From positions 1 through 64,000 of the IMG/VR virus record IMGVR_UViG_3300046804_004946: 64,000 nt of DNA; one strand, given 5' to 3'. Within the stretch, counting starts at the first letter, position 1; each line of letters opens with the position of its first letter. Shown piece after piece: positions 1 to 5,342 of the stretch. The notes below the pieces were generated by a model. That model was not told the origin of the DNA. It did no database searches and worked only from the letters and a program-made list of their open reading frames with translations. The DNA is from an uncultured virus (IMG/VR IMGVR_UViG_3300046804_004946). Taxonomy: Duplodnaviria; Heunggongvirae; Uroviricota; Caudoviricetes. The translations under genes and the position numbers were made by a program.

Positions 1-1
1 C

Positions 2-136
2 ACCCTTGCCTACGCCACCACCCTGGAGGACTGCTACTACCAGGTCCAGGGATGGCGCAGCGCCTATGGCAGCGCCGACTACATCATGGCAGAGCAGCAG
101 GAGAGCAACGGCAAATCCTACTGGGTTGCCGTTTGA
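2..136 (+). CDS. Small hypothetical protein, 5'-truncated (...TLAYATTLEDCYYQVQGWRSAYGSADYIMAEQQESNGKSYWVAV)
   Basis: Open frame ending in TGA 134-136 directly before the first cassette repeat; C-rich third codon positions like the neighbouring ORFs. Confidence 0.75.
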   Translation, partial: TLAYATTLEDCYYQVQGWRSAYGSADYIMAEQQESNGKSYWVAV

Positions 137-205
137 CCCCTATGGGGAGGGTTGACGCCCTCCCCTTCACCCTGTAGAATTCCAGAGCAAACCGCAACCG
201 ACCCC
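137..205 (+). promoter_or_regulatory. Type A cassette promoter 1 (sigma70-like)
   Basis: TTGACG (152-157)-N17-TAGAAT (175-180); the -35 lies in the loop of GGGGAGGG/CCCTCCCC. Confidence 0.85.
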
Positions 206-370
206 ATGCTGGACGGAACCATCGCCACCGCCTTTGACGACCTGACCTCCTTTCAACTGGAGGAGTGGTTGTGGGAAGGAAACCCCACCGCCAAGGAGCA
301 GCGGGCAATCCTCAAGGAACTGGCATCCCGCCAGCAGCGCCTGGAAGCAATCGCTGACCTGCTCTGGTGA
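206..370 (+). CDS. Small hypothetical early protein, 54 aa (MLDGTIATAFDD...)
   Basis: ATG follows the conserved leader; the ORF-track start at 152 lies inside the promoter. Confidence 0.8.
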   Translation: MLDGTIATAFDDLTSFQLEEWLWEGNPTAKEQRAILKELASRQQRLEAIADLLW

Positions 371-436
371 CCCCTACGGGGAGGGTTGACCCCCTCCCCA
401 TCCATAGACTAGAATTCTCTCAACCGCAACCGACCG
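371..436 (+). promoter_or_regulatory. Type A cassette promoter 2
   Basis: TTGACC (386-391)-N18-TAGAAT (410-415); hairpin GGGGAGGG/CCCTCCCC; leader CAACCGCAACCGACCG. Confidence 0.8.
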
Positions 437-622
437 ATGACCGTGACCCTGACCCCCATCTCCGCCAAGGCAAAGAACCGCCTGGCAAACCAGATGGCAG
501 GCGACCCCGTGGTGGTGGTTGAGCAGCGCCAGGGCAATGACCTGTTCTGCGTGAGCACCAACGGCAACTGGTGCGCCTGGATCAACTGCCTGACCGACCC
601 GAACTGGGCAGTTCGCTTCTGA
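437..622 (+). CDS. Small hypothetical early protein, 61 aa
   Basis: ORF track; flanked by cassette repeats. Confidence 0.85.
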   Translation: MTVTLTPISAKAKNRLANQMAGDPVVVVEQRQGNDLFCVSTNGNWCAWINCLTDPNWAVRF

Positions 623-656
623 CCTGCTACACTACCCAAGCAACCGCAACCCCACC
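623..656 (+). promoter_or_regulatory. Type B cassette (extended -10 TGcTACACT plus shared leader)
   Basis: TGCTACACT at 625-633, then CAAGCAACCGCAACC..ATG; 619-651 is identical to 824-856. Confidence 0.7.
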
Positions 657-827
657 ATGACCGACCGCACTCTCCACAATGCCATCGCTGCCATGCTCTT
701 CTGCTCTGTGAGCATCGTGGCAGGTGCCTGGACCCTGAAGGCCGCGGCAACCGTTGACGCTCACCAGGAGCGCATGGCAGACGCCCTCTGCACCGCCGAC
801 CCCGCCTGGTGCGGTGAGCGCCGCTGA
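657..827 (+). CDS. Small putative membrane protein, 56 aa (MTDRTLHNAIAAMLFCSVSIVAGAWTLKAAATVDAHQERMADALCTADPAWCGERR)
   Basis: Translated by hand (too short for the ORF track); hydrophobic stretch at residues 9-27; bounded by type B repeats. Confidence 0.8.
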   Translation: MTDRTLHNAIAAMLFCSVSIVAGAWTLKAAATVDAHQERMADALCTADPAWCGERR

Positions 828-862
828 CCTGCTACACTACCCAAGCAACCGCAACCGCACCC
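828..862 (+). promoter_or_regulatory. Type B cassette 2
   Basis: TGCTACACT at 830-838 plus shared leader. Confidence 0.7.
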
Positions 863-1042
863 ATGGCAATCTTCTCCCAGTGCTCCGACCTGCAGACCCG
901 CGAAACCATGTGGGTGACCCGTAAGACTGACGATGCCCCCCAGGATCGCTTCGCTGGACAGATCAACCCTGCTGAGGGGTACTGGTGGGCAGCACGGTAT
1001 GCCGAACACTACGCCGCCGACGTGGTGACCTGGGAGGGTTGA
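863..1042 (+). CDS. Small hypothetical early protein, 59 aa (MAIFSQCSDLQTRETMWVTRK...VVTWEG)
   Basis: Translated by hand; its TGA (1040-1042) lies inside the next promoter's TTGACC. Confidence 0.8.
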   Translation: MAIFSQCSDLQTRETMWVTRKTDDAPQDRFAGQINPAEGYWWAARYAEHYAADVVTWEG

Positions 1043-1092
1043 CCTCCCACCGCCGACCCTGTAGAATTCCAGAGCAAACCGCAACGGACCCG
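1031..1092 (+). promoter_or_regulatory. Type A cassette promoter 3
   Basis: TTGACC (1039-1044)-N17-TAGAAT (1062-1067); stem TGGGAGG/CCTCCCA. Confidence 0.85.
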
Positions 1093-1290
1093 ATGACCAG
1101 CACCTGCCTCTACCGCATCGAACTGGACCGTGCCGATGGCACTACTGCCGTAGAGTACCGCCGCCGCCGCCGTCCCACCACGCCCAAGGGGTTTGACCGC
1201 CAGCACAACAACGTGGTCAACTCCATCCTGGAGGAGATCCGCTACTACCGCATCGAAGGATGGAAGCGCCTGACCGTGACGCGGGTGTGA
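1093..1290 (+). CDS. Small basic hypothetical early protein, 65 aa (MTSTCLYRIELD...)
   Basis: ATG after the conserved leader; Arg run YRRRRRP. Confidence 0.85.
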   Translation: MTSTCLYRIELDRADGTTAVEYRRRRRPTTPKGFDRQHNNVVNSILEEIRYYRIEGWKRLTVTRV

Positions 1291-1348
1291 GGGGTTGACC
1301 CCCTCCCCTTCATCCTGTAGAATTCTCAAGCAAACCGCACCACACCCG
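1289..1348 (+). promoter_or_regulatory. Type A cassette promoter 4
   Basis: TTGACC (1295-1300)-N17-TAGAAT (1318-1323); stem GAGGGG/CCCCTC. Confidence 0.85.
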
Positions 1349-1567
1349 ATGACCACCCTCACCCTGACCGTGACCCCTGCCATCGCTGATGAGATCTGCC
1401 ATGCCCTGATCGACGCAGGCATCCGCTGGTTTGAGAATGAGGAGGCCGCCCGCGCTGGTGAGAATGACCTGAGTGCCGACTCCTGCCGCAGCATCCGTGA
1501 GAGCGCCTTCGCCATCCGTGCCATGATCCGTGAGCAGATGGAGCAGCAGATGGCAGAGCAGATCTGA
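1349..1567 (+). CDS. Small hypothetical early protein, 72 aa (MTTLTLTVTPAIADEI...)
   Basis: ATG after the conserved leader. Confidence 0.85.
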   Translation: MTTLTLTVTPAIADEICHALIDAGIRWFENEEAARAGENDLSADSCRSIRESAFAIRAMIREQMEQQMAEQI

Positions 1568-1633
1568 CCCCCCAGGGGGGTTGGCAAACGACCCCCCATC
1601 CTGTAGAATTCCAGAGCAAACGCATCGCACCCG
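1568..1633 (+). promoter_or_regulatory. Type A cassette promoter 5
   Basis: TTGGCA (1581-1586)-N17-TAGAAT (1604-1609); stem GGGGGGTT/GACCCCCC. Confidence 0.8.
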
Positions 1634-1858
1634 ATGACCACCGCCCTCCGCGACTGCCTCAACGTGTACGCCCCTGGCACCACCTTCTCCGACATTCTGT
1701 GGGATTGCTCTCACCCCGCCGACGACACCATCGCCTGGCACATCGCCCTGGAGTCTGCAGAGATGCACTCCTGCCTCTACGACTTCCGCAAGGAGTACGG
1801 GCACCTGCAGGGTGAGCGCATCGACTGCGGTGAGTTCCTCTCCTGGTTGGGGTACTGA
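1634..1858 (+). CDS. Small acidic hypothetical early protein, 74 aa
   Basis: ORF track; flanked by cassette repeats. Confidence 0.85.
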   Translation: MTTALRDCLNVYAPGTTFSDILWDCSHPADDTIAWHIALESAEMHSCLYDFRKEYGHLQGERIDCGEFLSWLGY

Positions 1859-1928
1859 CCCCTATGGGGCACCTTGACGGGTGCCCCGCCCACCCTGTAG
1901 AATTCCAGAGCAAACCGCAACGCACCCG
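1859..1928 (+). promoter_or_regulatory. Type A cassette promoter 6
   Basis: TTGACG (1874-1879)-N18-TAGAAT (1898-1903); perfect stem GGGGCACC/GGTGCCCC around the -35. Confidence 0.85.
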
Positions 1929-2189
1929 ATGCTGACCTCCATCATCCGCACCGCGATCCGCACCCGCCTGATCAACGACGGCCCGATGACCTGCAGCGAC
2001 CTGGTTCGCGCCATGGGCATGGACCCCCGCCGCCATAAGGGCACCATCCACGCCCTCATGGTTGACATGGAGAAGGGCGGCACCCTGGATGCCACCCGCT
2101 CCGACAGCGGCAAGCGTGACCTCTGGTTCATCGTGCCCACCGCGATCCGCAAGCGTGATCGCCTGGTTGCCGCGATGGCAGGCATCTGA
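1929..2189 (+). CDS. Putative winged-helix DNA-binding protein, 86 aa
   Basis: Helix, then GPMTCSDLVRAMG, a recognition-type helix KGTIHALMVDMEKGG, and a beta-wing ending LWFI; a typical wHTH pattern judged by eye. Confidence 0.65.
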   Translation: MLTSIIRTAIRTRLINDGPMTCSDLVRAMGMDPRRHKGTIHALMVDMEKGGTLDATRSDSGKRDLWFIVPTAIRKRDRLVAAMAGI

Positions 2190-2259
2190 TCCTACAGGGG
2201 GTGGGTTGACCCCTGCCCCCTGACCCTGTAGAATTCCAGAGCAAACCGCACCACACCCG
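2190..2259 (+). promoter_or_regulatory. Type A cassette promoter 7
   Basis: TTGACC (2206-2211)-N17-TAGAAT (2229-2234); imperfect stem CAGGGGG../..CCCCCTG. Confidence 0.85.
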
Positions 2260-2451
2260 ATGACCACCACCACCATCGACGGCATCCAGTTCACGATCAC
2301 CCGCCTGCCCGTTGCCCATGGCACCCGTGCCAACCGCTGGGCAAATCAGATCAAGGGCGGCAGCACCCGCGTTCGCACCCATGGCGGCGCTGCTGGTTCA
2401 CGCGGCACCCGCATGAGCACCACGAACAGCGCCCTGGGCGACGTGCAGTGA
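2260..2451 (+). CDS. Small basic hypothetical early protein, 63 aa
   Basis: ORF track; last ORF of the array. Confidence 0.8.
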   Translation: MTTTTIDGIQFTITRLPVAHGTRANRWANQIKGGSTRVRTHGGAAGSRGTRMSTTNSALGDVQ

Positions 2452-2457
2452 CAGTTC

Positions 2458-2490
2458 GGGGGGCGGCACACGCCCCCCTGTTCGTTCGTG
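2458..2490 (+). terminator. GC hairpin closing the array (possible terminator)
   Basis: GGGGGGCG-GCACA-CGCCCCCC followed by TGTTCGTTCGT (weak U tract). Confidence 0.45.
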
Positions 2491-2698
2491 CAAAATCACA
2501 GTATTATGGTATAACGGTATCGTGATGGCGGGGCGCGTGGTTTATAAAAACGATGGATCCCTCAATCTATAAAGTGTTACCCAAATGAGACTTATAATTC
2601 TCTGAACCTAAAAAAATTTCCCCCATAAAAATTCGCCCCACAGGTCGATTATAATTTCAAAATATACTATATAAAACAAAATACAAAACAAGAATGGA

Positions 2699-2872
2699 AT
2701 GAAGAAGAACTTTGAAGAAAGCTGCCAGCTATTGCAAGTAGATCCAGTAAGTGGTGAGTATTATATTACAATTCCTGAATGGGTGGTAAATGAATTTTCA
2801 TGGTACGAAGATACTGAGATAAAATTAAAAGTCGACGGAGATGAAATAGTTCTGAAAGAGAACAAAAATTGA
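2699..2872 (+). CDS. AbrB/MazE/SpoVT-like small DNA-binding protein, 57 aa
   Basis: Hand translation MKKNFEESCQLLQVDPVSGEYYITIPEWVVNEFSWYEDTEIKLKVDGDEIVLKENKN shows the swapped-hairpin pattern (G.YYITIP..V...F.W..D..I...V.GD.IVL). Confidence 0.75.
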   Translation: MKKNFEESCQLLQVDPVSGEYYITIPEWVVNEFSWYEDTEIKLKVDGDEIVLKENKN

Positions 2873-2897
2873 CATTTTATACATAATACTGTATGAT
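2869..2897 (+). promoter_or_regulatory. sigma70-type promoter
   Basis: TTGACA (2869-2874)-N17-TATGAT (2892-2897) upstream of ATG 2921. Confidence 0.75.
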
Positions 2898-2920
2898 ACT
2901 GAAGTAAAATTATTCCTATT

Positions 2921-3682
2921 ATGGCTAAAGGATTTACCGTAAAAGCAAAGGCACCAGTTGCCACAAGTTCAGCCGATCCAGAGTTTGATTTTGAAAAAGC
3001 AAAAGAAATGATTCGTGGAAAATCAATCGTTTTTTGCTTACCTGGAAGAGGTTGTTCGTATACATTTCTAAAGAGTTTTATTCAAATGTGCTTCGACCTC
3101 GTGCAGAACGGGGCAAGTATTCAAATTTCTCAAGATTACAGTTCCATGGTAAATTTTGCCCGCTGTAAGTGTTTGGGGGCAAACGTTCTTCGTGGACCTG
3201 ATCAACTTCCTTGGGACGGAAAACTTAATTATGATTATCAACTTTGGATTGACTCTGATATTGTATTCAACACTGAAAAGTTTTTACAATTGGTTTTGAT
3301 GGATAAAGATATTGCAGCAGGTTGGTATTGTACCGAAGACGGCATGACTACTTCCGTTGCACACTGGTTAGATGAAGAAGATTTCCGCAGTAATGGTGGA
3401 GTTATGAATCATGAAACTCTTGAAACAATCTCCAAGCGCCGCAAACCATTTACAGTTGATTATACTGGATTTGGTTGGTTGCTGATTAAGCACGGTGTAT
3501 TTGAGCATTCGGATATGAAATATCCTTGGTTTGCTCCAAAGATGCAAGTTTTTGAATCTGGTGATGTTCAAGACATGTGTGGAGAAGATGTCAGTTTCTG
3601 TTTGGATGCAAAGGAAGCAGGCTTTGAAATTTGGTGCGATCCACGTGTACGAGTCGGTCACGAAAAAACAAGAGTTATTTGA
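2921..3682 (+). CDS. Cyanophage GT-A-fold glycosyltransferase-like protein
   Basis: WIDSD (DxD) motif, TGFGWLLI, GEDVSFC and RVGH motifs of GT2-like proteins. Confidence 0.75.
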   Translation: MAKGFTVKAKAPVATSSADPEFDFEKAKEMIRGKSIVFCLPGRGCSYTFLKSFIQMCFDLVQNGASIQISQDYSSMVNFARCKCLGANVLRGPDQLPWDGKLNYDYQLWIDSDIVFNTEKFLQLVLMDKDIAAGWYCTEDGMTTSVAHWLDEEDFRSNGGVMNHETLETISKRRKPFTVDYTGFGWLLIKHGVFEHSDMKYPWFAPKMQVFESGDVQDMCGEDVSFCLDAKEAGFEIWCDPRVRVGHEKTRVI

Positions 3683-3852
3683 TGTCTAACAAATCTGGCG
3701 AAAAATACAATATTCTCTGTAGAGGACGTAAAATTTACACTAATTTATCAGAGGATGAATTTTTTCAAATCTTGGAGGATCTGTCCTTCCAGTATTATAA
3801 GACAGGTTCTCCAAACCCTTCTGAAATACAAACTGAAATAGTAGGAGATTAA
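3682..3852 (+). CDS. Hypothetical protein, 56 aa (MSNKSGEKYNILC...)
   Basis: TGATG overlap with the upstream stop. Confidence 0.7.
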   Translation: MSNKSGEKYNILCRGRKIYTNLSEDEFFQILEDLSFQYYKTGSPNPSEIQTEIVGD

Positions 3853-3854
3853 TC

Positions 3855-4007
3855 ATGGCAGTAAAAGCAAAAGGTGGTCTGAATAAGCGCACGTCTTATA
3901 TTCCTGGACCTCCGAAGAAAACAAGGCAAGGAGACGGTGATGGCACCAAGTATGCTGCTACGTCTCGCAATAAGGCTCGTAAAAAGTATAGAGGACAAGG
4001 AAAATAG
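3855..4007 (+). CDS. Small very basic protein, 50 aa (MAVKAKGGLNKR...KKYRGQGK)
   Basis: SD GGAG upstream; translated by hand. Confidence 0.75.
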   Translation: MAVKAKGGLNKRTSYIPGPPKKTRQGDGDGTKYAATSRNKARKKYRGQGK

Positions 4008-4013
4008 TCCAAA

Positions 4014-4220
4014 ATGATTCAATTAAACCCCACAATCCCAGTCATTACCCCAAAAGGTAGTGGTTGGGCATTTTTTTTAATTGATAGATCACAAGAACAC
4101 GACCTTGAATGGGTCGTTTTTCTTGATGATGGTGGTTTTTGTTGGACTTTCCGCAATAAAGACATCAGAATTCAAGAAAATCAAACTTTTTCTCGTAAAA
4201 ATATAGCAAATTTTCAGTAA
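4014..4220 (+). CDS. Hypothetical protein, 68 aa
   Basis: ORF track; tight spacing to neighbours. Confidence 0.7.
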   Translation: MIQLNPTIPVITPKGSGWAFFLIDRSQEHDLEWVVFLDDGGFCWTFRNKDIRIQENQTFSRKNIANFQ

Positions 4221-4247
4221 ATAAATAAATTTTTGCTTATTTTTGCA

Positions 4248-4589
4248 TTGGAACAGTTTTCAATGGGTAATCACCTCCTCTTAGAGGTGTATGATGTTCA
4301 ATATGACCTCATAAATGACATAAATTCTCTTCAAAATGTCATGATTAGAGGTATTGAACGTGCAAAAATGACTATTTTGAACATTTTTTCACATTGTTTT
4401 ATACCACAGGGGTGTACAATCGTGATTGCCCTTTCGGAAAGTCATGTTTCTTGCCATACATGGCCTGAAAATGGGTGTTTAGCAATAGATGTTTATACTT
4501 GTGGAGAAGGAAATCCTAAGTTAATTGCTCTTGAACTGTTAAAATACCTAAATTCCGAAAATTACACTCTAAGATACGTTAATCGTTAA
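4248..4589 (+). CDS. speD: S-adenosylmethionine decarboxylase proenzyme
   Basis: GNHLLLEVY; LSESHVSCHTWPE (E-S pyruvoyl cleavage motif); DVYTCG. Start uncertain (TTG 4248 or ATG 4263). Confidence 0.92.
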   Translation: MEQFSMGNHLLLEVYDVQYDLINDINSLQNVMIRGIERAKMTILNIFSHCFIPQGCTIVIALSESHVSCHTWPENGCLAIDVYTCGEGNPKLIALELLKYLNSENYTLRYVNR

Positions 4590-4658
4590 ATAGTGGTAGG
4601 GGAGATAGCAACCTCCTTCCAAAAAAAGTTCTGTTTTTACCAAAAAACAGGAGCTAAA

Positions 4659-4904
4659 ATGTCCAATTTACCAGTAGATAGAGATCAAAACTACATGTAT
4701 CATATGTGGGGAACCACAAAACTTGTAACCGATTACAATTCCTCTTTAGAAAAGAAAAAAGTGATCCAAGAAATTATGCATGATGAAATTGCAAAGAACA
4801 AATTTAATTTATCTGAAACATCTCACAAATCTATAAGGAATGATACCGATTATGATGATTGGGATTATGGAACTGAACCAATTTATGGACGTCCATGGTC
4901 CTAA
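4659..4904 (+). CDS. Hypothetical protein, 81 aa (MSNLPVDRDQNY...)
   Basis: SD GGAG upstream of ATG 4659. Confidence 0.75.
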   Translation: MSNLPVDRDQNYMYHMWGTTKLVTDYNSSLEKKKVIQEIMHDEIAKNKFNLSETSHKSIRNDTDYDDWDYGTEPIYGRPWS

Positions 4905-4912
4905 TATAAATA
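4905..4912 (+). promoter_or_regulatory. T4 late promoter
   Basis: TATAAATA upstream of gp25; the same motif occurs at 19941, 41757, 41769, 53101, 53353, 62505 and 63666. Confidence 0.85.
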
Positions 4913-4939
4913 AAAAAAAGTACATCATTTAATAATTTA

Positions 4940-5341
4940 ATGGCAACAACGAGAATATCAAAAGTTTTTAAAGACATAAGTTTATCTTTTGATATGCATC
5001 CAGTTACTAAAGATATTCTCGTTTTAAAAAATGAAGTTGCTATCAAAAAATCTATAAAAAATATTATTCAAACTGTTCCAAATGAACGTTTGTTTAATCC
5101 TTTGTTTGGTTCTAAAGTAAGACCTACTTTATTTGAATTTATAGATTTTGGTACAGCTTCATTATTAAAAAATTATATTGATGTTGCCATATCAAACTTT
5201 GAGCCAAGAGTATCTGATGTTGAAATTGAAGTTAATCCTTTTCCCGATTTAAATTATTTTGAAATTGTTATATACTTTAATATTATTGGTGAAAATACAC
5301 CAAAACAATCATTCACCTACATTTTAGAGGCAATAAGATAA
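4940..5341 (+). CDS. gp25: Baseplate wedge subunit gp25
   Basis: FKDISLSF..HPVT.D, ERLFNPLFGS, FEPRV. Confidence 0.93.
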   Translation: MATTRISKVFKDISLSFDMHPVTKDILVLKNEVAIKKSIKNIIQTVPNERLFNPLFGSKVRPTLFEFIDFGTASLLKNYIDVAISNFEPRVSDVEIEVNPFPDLNYFEIVIYFNIIGENTPKQSFTYILEAIR

Positions 5342-5342
5342 A

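Larger units (their letters stand above)
1..2480 (+). repeat. GC-rich array of repeated promoter/leader cassettes, each followed by a different small ORF (9 cassettes, 10 ORFs; first ORF is cut by the window start)
   Basis: The exact 28-bp repeat ACCCTGTAGAATTCCAGAGCAAACCGCA lies at 169-196, 1056-1083, 1892-1919 and 2223-2250, with variants near 410, 1314 and 1600. A second exact 33-bp repeat lies at 619-651 and 824-856. Each repeat sits between a TGA stop and an ATG. Confidence 0.95.

Noticed and set aside
152..1928. ORF-track starts at 152, 985, 1295 and 1881 giving a shared PCRIPEQTA peptide
   Set aside because: These starts lie within or upstream of the promoter module. The shared peptide is just the translated repeat; the likely starts are the ATGs after the leader.
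169..2250. CRISPR array interpretation of the 28-33 bp repeats
   Set aside because: The intervening segments are about 170-290 bp, vary in length and are intact ORFs. The repeats are promoters, and no cas genes are present in the window.
84..2382. Long minus-strand ORFs in the GC-rich region (e.g. 1009-1695, 1310-1804, 1659-2333)
   Set aside because: They are shadow frames of GC-rich, codon-biased plus-strand genes. They read through the repeats, giving recurring LEFYR/LWNSTG/SGILQ peptides, and lack expression signals.
1..2480. True integron with attC sites
   Set aside because: There is no tyrosine recombinase in the window and no consistent RYYYAAC/GTTRRRY boxes, and the cassettes carry their own promoters. 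An integrase upstream of the window cannot be excluded.
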